64,000 bases of DNA, taken from contig CM126209.1 in assembly GCA_052327205.1 (NCBI GenBank), positions 200,632,001 through 200,696,000 of the forward strand, written 5' to 3'. The notes under the pieces were generated by a model. It searched no databases. It was not told the origin of the DNA and saw only the letters and a list, made by a program, of their open reading frames with translations. The stretch is from Somniosus microcephalus. Lineage: Eukaryota. The position numbers were made by a program, and so were the translations under genes. Positions 24,248-37,741 of the stretch are shown here, piece by piece (within the stretch, counting starts at the first letter, position 1; every line of letters starts with the position of its first letter).

Positions 24248-25866
24248 GAAGATTTATATACAAAATATATTCCAGTGAGAAAGAAAGACTCTAAGAGAAG
24301 GATGAACCATCCGTGGCTAACGAAGAAAGTAAAGGATGGTATCAAATTGAAAACAAAGGCATACAATGATGCGAAGATTAGTGGTAGGCCAGAGGATTGT
24401 AAAATTTTTAGAAACCAGCAAAGGACGACTAAAAAAGTAATGGAGAGAAGATAGATTATGAGAGTAAACTAGCAAGAAATATAAAAACAGACAGTAAGCG
24501 CTTCTACAGGTATATAAAAAGGAAGAGAGTAACTAAAGTAAATGTTGGTCCCTTAGAGGATGAGACTGGGGAATTAATAATAGGAAACAGGGAAATGGCA
24601 GAGAAATTGAACAAATATTTTGCATCGGTCTTCATGGTAGAAGACACTAAAAGCATCCCAGTAATAATAGATAATCAAGGGGCTATAGAGAGGGGAGAAC
24701 GTAAAACAATCACCATCACTAGAGAAAAAGTACTAGGCAAACTAATGGGACTAAAAGTTGACAAGTCCCCTGGGACCTGATGGCCTGCATCCTAGGGTCT
24801 TAAAAGAAGTGGCTGCAGAGATAGTGGATGCATTAGTTGTAATCTACCAAAATTCCCTGGATTCTGGAGGGGTCCCAGCGGATTGGAAAACTGCAAATGT
24901 AACACCCCTATTCAAGAAAGGAGGGAGACAGAAAGCAGGAAACTATAGAGCAATGAACCTAACATCTGTCATTGAGAAAATTCTGGAGTCCATTATTAAG
25001 GAAGTAGTAGCAGGATATTTAGAAAATCATAATACAGTCAAGCAGAGTCAGCATGGTTTTATGAAAGGGAAATCATGTTTGACAAATTTGTTGAGTTCTT
25101 TGAGGAGGTAACAAGCAGGGTGGATAAAGGGGAATCAGTAGATGTCGTGTATTTGGACTTCCAGAAGGCATTCGATAAGGTGCCACATAAAAGGTTACTG
25201 TACAAGATAAGAGCTCATGGGGTTGGGGTATATTAGCATGGATAGAGGATTGGCTAACTAACAGGAAGCAGAGAGTCGGGATAAATGGGTCATTTTCAGG
25301 TTGGCAAACTGTAACTAATGGGGTACCACAGGAATCAGCTGTTTATAATCTATATTAATGGCTTGGATGAAGGGACCGAGTGTAATGTAGCCAAATGTGC
25401 TGATGTTACAAAGATAGGTGGGAACGCAAGTTGTGAAGAGGACACAAAGAATCTGCAAATGGATATAGATAGGTTAAGTGAGTGGGCAAAAATTTGGCAG
25501 ATGGAGTATAATGTGGGAAAATGTGAGGTTATCCACTTTGGTAGGAAAAATAAAAAAGCAAATTATTAATTAAATGGAGGGAGACTACAAAATGCTGCGG
25601 TACAGAGGGATCTGGGGGTCTTTGTACATGAAACACAAAAAGTTAGCATGCAGGTACAGTAAGTAATTAGGAAGGCAAATGGAATGTTGCCATTTATTGC
25701 AAGGGGACTGGAGTATAAAAGTAGGGAAGTCTTGCTACAACTGTACAGGGCATTGGTGAGACCACACTTGGAGTACTGTGTACAGTTTTGGTCTCCTTAT
25801 TTAAGAAAGGAATACTTGCATTGGAGGCAGTTCAGAGAAGGTTCACTAGGTTATTTCCTGAGATGA
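24248..25866 (+). mobile_element. CR1 LINE ORF2 fragment (frameshifted)
   Basis: HPWLT, GPDGLHPRVLKE, QHGFMKGKSCLTNL, LVRPHLEYCVQFW in successive ORFs. Confidence 0.95.
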
Positions 25867-25910
25867 TTGGTTTAATCACTAAAATTAGATTGTTATAAAA
25901 AATCTCAGAC

Positions 25911-28900
25911 TTTTTTTTAGTCGTTCCTGAGATGTGGGTGTCGTTGGTAAGGCCAGAATTTGTTGCCTATCCCTAGTTGCCTGTGAGAAGGTGGTGGTGG
26001 GCGGCTTTCTTGAACCGCTAAAGTCCGTGTGGAGGTACTTCCAAAGTGCTGTTAGGAAGGGAGTTCCAGGATTTTGACCCAGCGAAGATGAATGAACAAT
26101 GATATACTTCCAAGTCAGGATGGTGTGCGACTTGGAGGGGATCTTGCAGATGATGGTGTTCCCATGCGCCTGCTGCCCTTGTCCTTCTAGGTGGAAGAGG
26201 TCACGGGTTTGAGAGGTGCTGTCGAAGCAGCCTTGGCGAGTTGCTGCAGTGCATCTTGTAGATGGTACACACTGCAGCCACAGTATGCCGGTGGTGGAGG
26301 GAGTGAATGTTTAAGGTGGTGGATGGGGTGCCAATCAAGCGGGCTGCTTTGTCCTGGATGGTGTCGAGCTTCTTGAGTGTTGTTGGAGCTGAACTCATCC
26401 AGGCAAATGGAGAGTATTCCATCACACTCCTTACTTGTGCCTTGTAGATGGTGGAGCCAGGAGGTGAGACACTCGCCACAGAATACCCAGCCTCTGACCT
26501 GCTCTTGTAGCCACAGTATTTATGTGGCAGGTCCAGTTAAGTTTCTGGTCAGTGGTGACCCCCCAAGGATGTTGATGGTAGGGGATGCGGCGATGGTAAT
26601 GCCATTGAATGGCAAGGGACGGTGGTTAGACTCTCTCTTGTTGGAGATAGTCATTGCCTGGCACTTGTGTGGCGCGAATGGTACTTGCCACTTATAAGCC
26701 CAAGCCTGAATGTCGTCCAGGTCTTGCTGCATGCGGGCGTGGACTGCTTCATTATCTGAGGAGTTGCAAATGGAACTGAACACTGTGCAACCATCAGCGA
26801 ACATCCCCACTTTTGACCTTATGATGAAGCGAAGGTCGTTGATGAAGCAGCTGAAGATGGTTGGGCCTAGGACACTGCCATGAGGAACTTCTGCAGTGAT
26901 GTCCTGGGGCTGAGATGATTGACCAACAACCACTTCCTTTGTGCTAAATACAACTTCAGCCAGTAGAGAGTTTCCCCCCCGATTCCAATTGACTTCAATT
27001 TTACTAGGGCTCCTTGATGCCACACTCGGTCAAATGCTGCCTTGATGTCAAGGGCAGTCACTCTCACCTCACCTCTGGAATTCAGCTCTTTTGTCCATGT
27101 TTGGACCAAGTCTGTAATGAGGTCTGGAGCCGAGTGGTCCTGGTGGAACCCAAACTGAGCATCAGTGAGCAGGTTATTGGTGAGTAAGTGCCGCTTGATA
27201 GCACTGTCGACAACAACTTCTATCACTTTGCTGCTGATTGAGAGTAGACTGATGGGGTGGCAATTGGCCGGATTGGATTTGTCCATATTCTTGTGGACCC
27301 GGGCAGTTTTCTACATTGTCGATAGATGCCAGTGTTGTAGCTGTACTGGAACAGCTTGGCTGGAGGTGCGGCTAGCTCTGGAGCACAAGTCTTCAGCACG
27401 ATAGCTAGGATGTTGTCGGGGCCCATAGCCTTTGCTATATCCAGTGCGCTCAGCCGTTTCTTGATATCACGTAAAGGGAATCGAATTGGCTGAAGGCTGA
27501 CTCTCTGATGCTGGGGACCTCAGGAGTAGGCCGATATGGATCATCCACTCGGCACTTCTGGCTGAAGATGGTTACAAATGCTTCAGCCTGGTATTTTGCA
27601 CTCACGTGCTGGGCTCCACCTTATTGAGGATGGGGATATTCATGGAGCCTCCTCCTCCCGTTAGTTGTTTAATTGTCCACCACCATTCATGACTAGATGT
27701 GGCAGGACTGCAGAGCTTTGATCTGATCCGTTGATTGTGGGGTCGCTTAGCCCTGTCTTTAGCATGCTGCTTCCACTGTTTCACATGCATGTAGACCTGT
27801 TTGCAGCTTCCCCAGGTTAGCACCTCATTTTTAGGTACGCCTGGTGCTGCTTCTGGCATGCGCTTCTACACTCCTCATTGAACCAGGGTTGGTCCCCTGG
27901 CTTGATGGTAATGGTAGAGTGAAGGATATGCCGGGCCATGAGGTTACAGATTGTGATGGAATACAATTCTGCTGCTGTTGATGGCCCACAGCGCCTCCTG
28001 GATGCCCAGTTTTGAACTGCTAGATCTATTCTGAATCTATCTCATTTAGCACGGTGGTAGTGCCACACAACATGATGGAGGGTCTCCTCAGTGTGAAGGT
28101 GGGATTTTGTCTCCACAAGGACTGTGTGGTGGTCATTGCTGCCAATACTGTTATGGACAGATGCATCTGCGACAGGTAGATTGGCGAGGACGAGGCCAAG
28201 TAGGTTTTTCCCCTCTTGTTGGTTCTTTCTTCACCTGCCGCAGGCTCAGTCTGGCAGCTATGTCCTTCAGGACTCGGCCAGCTCGGTCAGTAGTGGTGTT
28301 ACCGAGCCACTCTTCGTCATGGACATTGAAGTCCCCTACCCAGAGTACATTCTGTGCCCTTGCTACCCTCAGTGCTTCTTCCAAGTGGTGTTCAACATGG
28401 AGGAGTACTGATTCATCAGCTGAGGGAAGGCAGTAGGTGGTAATCAGCAGGAGGTTTTCTTGCCCAGGTTTGACCTGAAGCCATGAGACTTCATGGGGTC
28501 AGGAGTCAATGTTGAGGACTTCCAGGTCCACTCCCTCCTGACTGTATACCACTGCCGCCACCTCTGGTGGGTCTGATCTGCTGGTGGGCAGGGATGGTGT
28601 TGAAGGGGTCTGGGACATTGGCTGAAATGTTTGATTCTGTGAGTATGACTGTGTCAAGCTGTTGCTTGACTAGTCTGTGGGACAGCTCTCCCAATTTTTG
28701 CACAAGTCCCCAGATGCTAGGAAGGAGGACATAGTAGGGTCGACTGTTCTGGGTATGTCATTGTCATCACAGAATCACAGAAACCCCACAGTGCAGATAG
28801 AGGCCATTTCGGCCCATTGAGCCTGCACTGACACATATCCCACCCGATCCCCGTAACCCCTACACCAACACATATCCCACCCTATCCCTGTAACCCAACG

Positions 28901-29512
28901 TATTTAATCCCACTAACACTAAGGGTCAATTTACCATAGCCAATCAACCTAACCCGCACATCTTTGGACTGTGGGAGGAAACCGGAGCACCCGGAGAAAA
29001 CCCACGCAAACACGGGGAGAATGTGCAAACTCCACACAGTCGCCCAAGGCCGGATTCGAACCCGGGTCTCTGGCGCTGTGAGGCAACAGTGCTAACCACT
29101 ATGCCACCGTGCCGTCATGTCCAAAGCCGGTGCCTAGGTCGATGCTGGGTGGTCCATCCGGTTTTATTCTTATTAGTATTTTTCGTAGCGGCTTGGTACA
29201 ATTGAGTGGCTCGCTAGGCCAATTCAGAGGGCAGTTAAGAGTCAACCGCATTGCTGTGGGTCTGGAGTCACATATAGGCCAGACCAGGTAAGGACGGCAG
29301 ATTTCCTTCCCTAAAGGACATTAGTGAACCAGACAATCCGATAGTTTCATGGTCACCATTACTGATACTAGCGTTTTTATCCCAGATTTATTTAAATAAC
29401 TGAATTTAAATTCCCCAGCTGCCGTGGTGGATTTGAAGTCACGTCTCTGGATCATCTATTCCAGGTCTCTGGATTACTAGTCTAGTAACATGACCACTAT
29501 GCTACTGTACCC
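25911..29512 (-). mobile_element. Decayed CR1/L2-group LINE of a second family (single APE-RT ORF, tRNA-derived 5' head, A-tail)
   Basis: Minus strand: VILTES, WVGDFNVH (endonuclease); NPANCHPISLLS, QFGF, ALDIKAAFDRVWH, VPHGSVLGP, FADG (RT); T-run 25911-25918; head GGGTACAGTAGCATAGTGG at 29512. Confidence 0.85.
28768..29113 (-). mobile_element. HE1-like V-SINE
   Basis: Head GGCACGGTGGCATAGTGG...GGTTCGAATCC; V-domain TCCGGGTGCTCCGGTTTCCTCCCACAGTCCAAAGATGTGC; CR1-like tail; TSD GTCAT (28763-28767, 29114-29118). Confidence 0.93.
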
Positions 29513-30419
29513 GTTAAGTGTGCATTCACATTACAGCTGTAGCGTTGGTGTGAAGCGGTTTCACTATGTCCTGAGGCTGCAGTTATAGTGGAAATTAAGG
29601 CTGAATATGGAGTCAGAGGTCTAAAAAATAGCCTGGGTCCTCGCCGGCAGCAGCCCTCAGGCAAGTCCTGGGCGAGGGTGTTGGAGCGAGTATACGGAGG
29701 TGATCGCATACCCTGTGGCGTTGGGGGAGCACTCCTGCTCCTCAGGCTCCACAGGAACGTTTAAAAAAACTTTTTCCCAGCTACCTGTCATTGCCGGCCC
29801 GAAGTATGCTCTGCTCATCAGCAACAAATTTCGAAAAGGGGTCCTCAACTGGCGTTAGGCCCCTAATTTACATGTTCAAGGAGCCTAAAGCCCAGGTCAC
29901 CTAAAAAATGGGCCCCATAAATTTAAACAGTGGGAACAACACTTGCACAGACTGGGCACGTGCCATCCCACTGCTAAATTGGTATGCTTTGTGCCTGTTT
30001 TACACTCGGAGTACGGACGCAGTGCATGCCAATTTCTACCCATACTTGAAACCTTAACACCAGATTTACAATGTTACCACTGGTGCACTGCTAAAGCTGC
30101 GTCGCACCGACACTAAACTTGCAGTGTAACTGCAGCCCCAGTCAAAGGACAATGACATCATCTGAAACAATCCCCACTCAATTATAGACCCAAAAAATAA
30201 ACAATTTGAGTCAATTATTTAGCAGTCTTCAAACTGGTGCTAATTATGAATTAGTTATCATTACCCATAATATTCATATGATTCACAAATTTATGGCTAA
30301 ATTTCATTATTTAAAAGCCAATTAAGACACAATAGAAAACTAAAATCATCATTTATTTTACTGATCTGAAATATTAGTTATACATGAATTAATGAACATC
30401 GTTCCAATTTTGTGTGAAT

Positions 30420-31230
30420 ATTGAGTGGGAAAAAGTATGGTAAATGGAGTTCAATATGGGGAAGGGCGTGATCATCCACTTTGGATCCAAGAAAGACAAA
30501 CTGGAATATTTTCTTAATGGTGAGCGACTAGGAGCTGGGGAGGAGCAAAAGGAAATAAGCGTCCATGTACACAAATCATGAAAAGCTAGGGTACAGGTAC
30601 AAAAAAGTAATCAATAAAGCAATGGGGACTGGGATTGGCCCTCGGGGGTTGGAATGCAAAAGTAAGGAAGTGATGGCTCAGTTGCACAGTCTTAATCAGA
30701 CACCATCTTGAGTAATGCATCCAGTTTTGAGCACCAAACCTCAGGATAGATACATTGGCCTTGGAGGGGATGCAGCACCGAGTCAGCAGAATGCTACCAG
30801 GGCTTAAACGGTTGCATAAACTTGGTTTGTATTCACTTGAGTTTGGACGTTTGAGGGCTGAACTAATCAAGGTCTTTAAGATCAACAGGGATTCAATAGG
30901 GTAGATAGAGAGAAGCTATTTCCTCTGGTAGGGGAATCCAGAACAAGAGGGCATACTCTTAAAATTAGAGCTTGGCCATCTAGGAGTGAAATCAGGAAGC
31001 CCTTTGTCACAGAAAGGGTAGTGGAAATCTGGAACTCTTCTCCCCAAAAGGCTGTGGATGTTGGGTCAATTGAAATTTTCAATACTGGTATTGATAGATT
31101 TTTATTAGGTAAGGATATCAAGGGATGTGGAGCAAAGGCAGGTACATAGAGTTGAGGTACAGATCAGCCATGGTCTAATTGAAGAGTGGAACAAATCAAG
31201 GGGCTGAATGGCCTACTCATGTTCCTACGT
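30420..31230 (+). mobile_element. Old CR1 3' fragment
   Basis: Degenerate ORF2 C-terminus and GGCTGAATGGCCTACTC 3' UTR. Confidence 0.85.
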
Positions 31231-32107
31231 GCCTTTTTTAAAATTTAAGTATGGATTTTAGGACCATTTCAAGTTTACAACCCATTAGGAAAAAAAACAC
31301 ACTGCCATTGCCCATCATTTCCAACAGAATTCGCTGTTCCCCATGAAATAGATCTGTTCTAAGTGGATGTGTTCTGACTGGCATATGTCCCACACGGAGA
31401 TTATAGTAGGAAGGGAAGGGCATGTTCTTTCTACCAATGGTGTGAATTGGGCTAGCCTGATCATCGATGACAGCACCTGAACCCCTGGAGACAAACTCAG
31501 CAGACAGGACAGTGGACCAAAGAATCTCAGTATTAGTCATGGTTTTGAGATATCCTGGATTGTTGCCCAGAATTGTTTGATTTACGGGCAGGCCCAGAAG
31601 GTATACATGTAATTTACTAAAAATCTTATATCCGTGCACACTGCCAGTCAATGTTTTCCCTTCACATTTATAATAGAAACTGCTTATGTGAATTGGTCAT
31701 GCTGGAATGACACCTTCCCACCAGTGGTGGTGCTGTAACACCTCAGTGTTGCATCTCTCAGCTCCTCAGCCTGTACTGTTGAGATGTTCCAACTAACTTT
31801 ACTTCTCTTCTCAAATTACTGTATGGTTTGCTATTTAACTATGAATAATATCAAATGCTATAGAAAAATAAGAACAGACATTATGACTTTAAAATGGGGA
31901 ATGAATTAGGTCAGCATCCCTTACCCTCTAATCCCACTTCACTTTAAGACTACACTCGGTCTTGATGTTCTGCATGGAACACCACAGAAGACCAATTTGT
32001 ATATAAAAAAAGACAACCTTATTTTACCTTTTGGCTTCCATAGTTGAACTACAATGACAGCTATCTTTAAAATCCCACGACAGATATGAAATCCTCCATG
32101 TAAATGC

Positions 32108-32308
32108 TATTATATATTATGTGTTCTCCTCCCACCTGCGGTGGCGCTGTCACAGCAGATAAATGGTTGGGTTTGTTCTCTTGGTTGGGTTTTTGTTCTC
32201 TTTGTTCTGTTCTCTCCAGAACCTTCCTTTTGAATAAAGAAGCCTCATGTTTGAATCTCTGGGTTCTGAGCATTTATTGTGTCTAGGTATAAAGGTACAG
32301 ACACAACA
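32108..32308 (+). repeat. 5' LTR of Gypsy #2 (TG mutated to TA)
   Basis: Direct repeat of 36570-36770 with about 5 substitutions by eye. Confidence 0.95.
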
Positions 32309-32311
32309 AAG

Positions 32312-32324
32312 TGGCAATGAGGAT
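32312..32324 (+). promoter_or_regulatory. Primer-binding site, probably tRNA-Ser(GCT), CpG-decayed
   Basis: TGGCAATGAGGAT differs from TGGCGACGAGGAT by two CpG-type transitions. Confidence 0.65.
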
Positions 32325-32448
32325 CGGATGAATCTGCGTTGTGGGAACTTTCTTGTTTTCGACTACAAAACACTCGGAACAGAGATTGCAGCATTACATT
32401 AATGTTACGGGTGCAGTGAGTAACAGAAATTCAAATTTGAAACGTGAG

Positions 32449-35400
32449 ATGGCTACTATATTCGGAAACATCTGTGATTTCGATGAAAATGTTGAGCAAT
32501 GGAGCGCTTATACGGAACGTTTTGACTATTTTGTTTTGGCGAATGCGGTGGCAAACGATAAGGATGTGCCTACCTTTTTGAGTATAATGGGAGCAAAGAC
32601 ATTCAATTTACTGCGCAGCACTGTACAGCCAGTTAAGCCAGGATCTAAAACATATAAACAACTAGTGGAAATTCTTGGAGCACATTTTTCACCGAAACCT
32701 CTGGTTATTGCTGAGAGATTTAGATTTCACAAATGGAATCAAGAGGAGGGGAAACAGTGACTATGTTTGTTGCTGCTTTAAAAAGGTTGTCAGAACACTG
32801 CGAGTTCAAGGAGGTGCTGAATGACACCATTAGAGACAGACTTGTGTGTGGTCTGCAAAGTGCAGCCACACAGAAGCGCCTTCTTACTGAGGACAACCTT
32901 ACTCTTGAAAAGGCCATTGAAGTTAGTGTCTCCGTGGAGATGGCGGAAAAGGAGGCTCACCAGTTTAGTTCAGCAGGGAGAGTTCACAAGGTGTCGTCTG
33001 AGCCAAAAGGTGCGCGGAACGGCACATGTTACCGTTGTGGGAAAAAGGGCCATCACGCTAATGACTGCTGGTGTACGGAGCTGGAATGCCGAAATTATGG
33101 CAAAAAGGGTCACATTGAATGTTCTTTTTTTACCTCTACAGGCACGGACAGAGCTGGGAAGCATGAAAGCAAAATGTCTGTATTTGGATAAGAGAAGAAA
33201 AAGAGTGTTCATTCAGTGCAGTATGATGGAACAAGCAAAACAGAGGGGAGCGACATCTCTGAGGAGGAAGAGGTGCACATACTGACGGTTGCAGGTGGTC
33301 CAAATGGCTACTGGGTGTCACCACTGGTGGAGGGACAATCAGTGCGGATGGAGGTGGACACAGGCGTGGCTGTGTCCCTTGTTTCAGGCACTGTCTACAA
33401 CAAAATGCTAAAGCATCTTACCCTTCAGCCAACAAACATTGTGCTAAAGACGTATACCGGCGAACCTGTGGCCATGAGAGGCGCCATTGAGGTGACAGTT
33501 AAATTGAATGGACAGACTGCGAAATTGCCACTATGTGTGGTAAAGGGAAATTACCCATCTCTACTGGGACGTGCGTGGCTAGAGAAAATCACACTGGACT
33601 GGCCTGCAGTCCGCATGATGTCAAAAGGGGAGTCAGGTATGACTGCAGTTTTAAACAAACATGCAGAACTCTCCAATGGTGAACTTGGGAACATGAAAAA
33701 GATTAGCGTGAGACTGAACATTAAACCTGACAGCAAGCCGAAGTTTCACAAAGCCTGACCTGTACCCTATGCAATTAGGCCAAAAGTTGAGGTTAACTTG
33801 GAGGCCTTAGTCGAGAATGGAGTCCTGGAGCCTGTGAGCATGAGCAAATGGGCCACACCCATTGTTCCTGTCCTGAAAAAGGATGGATCTATTCAAATCT
33901 GCGGGGATTTTAAAGTGACTATTTACCCGGTGCTGTCTGCGGAACAGTACCCTCTTCCCCTCATTGGTGATCTTTTTACGGGCCTGGCCGGAGGGCAAAA
34001 GTTCAGCAAAATAGACTTATGCCAGGCTTATCTACAAATGCATGTTGATGACAAATCAAAGGAGTTGCTGACAATTGTGACACACAAGGGGCTATACAGG
34101 TACTGCCGCCTTCCGTTTGGAATTATGTCGGCCCCTGCTCTATTCCAAAGGACAATGGATCAGATTTTGAGTGGACTGCCAGGAGTCCAGTGCTACCTGG
34201 ACGACATCCTTGTCACTGGGACAAATGAGGAGGATCATCTTCTGAACTTGGATGCGACACTACAGCGACTGAAAGAGTACAGACTCAGAGTTCGTAAGGA
34301 CAAATGTGAATTCTTTCAGTCTTCAGTTGAGTACCTGGGGCATGTGACTGACGCTACTGGCCTGCATAAGGCGCCGTCAAAGGTCAAGGCGATCGTGGAG
34401 GCCCCAGCACCCCAGAATGTGAGTCAGTTACATTCATTCCTGGGGCTACTTAACTACCATGGAAAGTTTATTCCAGACTTAGCAACATTGCTGAAGCCGC
34501 TACATCAGTTGCTATGTCAAGGCAAAACATGGAAATGGACTGAACTGTGCAACGAAGCTTTCGTCCAAGCAAAGAAAGCATTGCTGAAGTCAGAGGTCCT
34601 GACACACTTCGACCCAAAGCTACCCGTGCAGCTAGCATGTGATGCATCACCATATGGTGTGGGAGCAGTCATATCCCACATCATGCCTTCTGGTGAAGAG
34701 AAACCTATCGCCTTTGCATCACGCACCTTGAACAAGGCCAAGAGTAACTATGCACAGATTGAGTGCGAGGTCTTGGGAATTGATTTTGGAATTCAAAAAT
34801 TTCATCAGTACCTGTTTGGGAGAAGGTTCACACTCCTGACGGACCACCGTCCATTGACTTCAATCTTCGGGCCCCACACCGGAATTCTGTCTCTTGCTGC
34901 AAGTAGGATGCAAAGGTGGGCTTTACTGTTGTCAGGACACACATACGACATCAAATATTGCAAATCAGACTTGCACGGCAATGCAGACGGTCTCTCGAGG
35001 CTGCCCTTGCCTGTTACTCCCCAGAGCCTCGTCAGATAGACATTTTCTACTTTAGACAAGCGGAGGACCTGTCACTGCAGTTCAGGTGCGAAGGTACACC
35101 CGCAATGATGCAGTCCTGTCTGAGGTAATGGACGATGTCATTCGAGGGAGAGCTATAGGAGATTCTCCTAGTTTGAAACCTTACGTTTCAAAAAGAAATG
35201 AGCTCTCCGTCCAGGCAGGTTGTCTTCTCTGGGGATGTCGTGTCATCCTTCCGCCACCTCTGAGGGAACCTGTAGTGCAACAACTTCATACAGGCCACAG
35301 TGGGATGGTTCGGATGAAGGAAATGGCAAGAAGCTACTTCTGGTAGCCAGGTCTCGATGGAAATATTGAGGAGAAAGCCAAAACATGTTCCCCGTGTCAC

Positions 35401-36413
35401 AGGGTCCGGAATGTTCCACAGCTGGCAACCCTACACCCCTGGGATTGGCCTGAAGAAGTGTGGTAGCGAGTACATGTGGACTTCGCCGGTCCTTTCGAAG
35501 AGAAGATGTTTATGGTGGCTGTGGATGCTCGTAGCAAGTGGCTGGAGGTCGCTGTGATGAGGTCTACCACGGCAGAGAAGACAATTGAGAAACTTGGTGA
35601 GATGTTCAGCCGTTATGGCTCACCGGAACAACTCGTAAGTGACAATGGTCCACAATTTGTATCACAGGAGTTTGCAACCTTCCTGCAAGTGAATGGTGTC
35701 CAACACATCAGGTCTGCGCCCTATCATCCCTCTACTAACGGCCTGGCAGAAAGGTTCGTGTAAACTTTGAAGGCATTGCAAGGTCAGGGCTCAATCCACC
35801 AACGTCTGAACAGCTTCCTGTTGTCCTACAGGAACGAGCTGCGTGCCACAACCAAAACTTCCCCCGCTTCGCTCATGATGAAGAGGCAGTTGCGGACAAG
35901 TTTTGACTTACTCAAACCTCCAAGAGCAGAACAGGTTGTCCGTCAACAACAAGCTCAAGTTGAAAGGAGAGAGAAAAGAGCCAAGGAGAGACGGTTTCAT
36001 CCTGGAGAGCACGTCCTAGCTCGAAACTACAACACTGGACCGAAATGGGTTCCTGCTACGGTGATCGCGCAGACGGGCCCTGTGTCTTACACGGTTGAGA
36101 CTGCTGAGGATGTCATCTGGAGAAGACACACTGATCAACTGTTGCTAGGAGCAGAGACAGCCACAGAGGCTCCAAGGCTGGTTGGCCTGAACTGTTTCCG
36201 GATGATACCACAAACCAGCATCTTTTGCCACAGTGCTCTTCTCCAACACAGGAAGTCAAAGAAACTGTTCCACCTGTGCAAACTCATGACTTTCGACTGA
36301 CACATGCACCTTCTCTATCTAGGCCTGTGTCAATGCCTACTGCTGTGGAAGCCAGCGACGACCGCCGGTATCCTGTCAGAGAGCGGCGGCCTCCAAGACG
36401 CTTGGATCTGTAG
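32449..36413 (+). pseudogene. Gypsy gag-pol pseudogene
   Basis: Gag ERFRFH, CYRCGKKGHHANDC; PR MEVDTG; RT RLPFG, YLDD; RH ACDASPYG, TDHRPL; INT LHTGHSG, SDNGPQF, NGLAERF; multiple stops/frameshifts. Confidence 0.95.
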
Positions 36414-36569
36414 GCTTAGTGACTTACCCACAAGACTGGGGCAGAATAAACCCCAGGGTAAAGTCAGGGTTTGAGGCAGTCTACCTCTACCCTTGGTTAG
36501 TTGAGTGCATTGAAAGTAACTTACCTGTTGAGGAATAATGTGGACATTTCATTTAAGAGGGGAGGAATA

Positions 36570-36770
36570 TGTTATGTATTATGTGTTCTCCTCCCACCTG
36601 AGATGGCGCTGTCACAGCAGATAAATGGTTGGGTTTGTTCTCTTGGTTGGGTTTTTGTTCTCTTTGTTCTGTTCTCTCCAGAACCTTCCTTTTGAATAAA
36701 GAAGCCTCATGTTTGAATCTCTGGGTTCTAAGCATTTATTGTGTCTAGGTATAAAGGTACAGACACAACA
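36570..36770 (+). repeat. 3' LTR of Gypsy #2
   Basis: TG...CA, preceded by PPT. Confidence 0.97.
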
Positions 36771-37051
36771 AATACCAATACACCATATTATATTGGCAGA
36801 TGACAGGAACTGTATACAATGATTAACATTACTAAAACTTTAACAATTTGATGTCTAGACCCTGCATGAACTTGTTCTTTGCTCACATTGTCAAGACTGC
36901 CATTTTGGAACCTGCAGAATAAGTATCTAGGCTATGACAGCATGTTACAAAAAATAGCTTTGGTTGCTGAAAAGAACAAATGTCCTCCAATTAAAATGTT
37001 TAAACTTCATTTATGATATAAAGCTCATTTAGTATTGTACACATAACTACT

Positions 37052-37741
37052 GGGCCAAAAATTGCGGTCAGTGGTGTACCTCTGGAGTACGCCACCAACC
37101 TGCGAAAAGAATAGGTACCTACCCGATGGCGGCCCTCCTGTGTAAACCTGTGCTCTGACGCTGCGTACTCGAGGGCAGCGTAATGGCCCATGGATCCCAG
37201 GGTGCAGCCTGTGCAGAAGCATACCTGGGATCATATGGGCCTGGTCCGCCAATCAGAAAACAAATTGCCTTTCATTCATTTAAATTACTATATTACTTCA
37301 TTACTACAGCCTTTAAAATACATACAGATTTAGCTTTTATCGTGGGAATCCAATTCATTACTCATAACTCCCACTTCTAAACAAAATACTGAGCAGAAAG
37401 TCATGAAATGTCAATGTTATTTTGAAAAAACCTGCAGCTTTGACATACACTAGGATTGCTTCTCATTAAAGCTTTTAATGTTCCTGAATGTCATTTAATT
37501 TTTTAAAAAGCATTTTTTTCATATCCTGTTTCCACCAGCCATAAAATTTCCATCTGTAATTGCTGGGCAGTTGGTGGGCAACTAGCCCAACTCTGTGCCA
37601 GCAATTAGGTTTTCAATGTCAGTTCGGATGGCCTGTCAACAAGTGCGTTGACAGACTGCAAGTTCGGGATTTAGCAAAATCCCGAATTTTCGGTGGATTT
37701 CAAAGGTGGGATGGCGTCATACCCAACACAAAATCTGGGCC
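37052..37741. mobile_element. Old Harbinger-type MITE
   Basis: Termini GGGCCAAAAATT / AAATCTGGGCC; body resembles 52750-53240. Confidence 0.55.

Larger units (their letters stand above)
32108..36770 (+). mobile_element. Full-length decayed Ty3/Gypsy LTR retrotransposon #2
   Basis: 201-bp LTRs 32108-32308 and 36570-36770; PBS ~32312; PPT AAGAGGGGAGGAA 36555-36567; TSD AATGC/AATAC. Confidence 0.97.

Noticed and set aside
30078-30161. 84-nt exon-like segment on the minus strand
   Set aside because: Weak polypyrimidine tract, immediate TGA in the spock1 intron phase, no testican similarity
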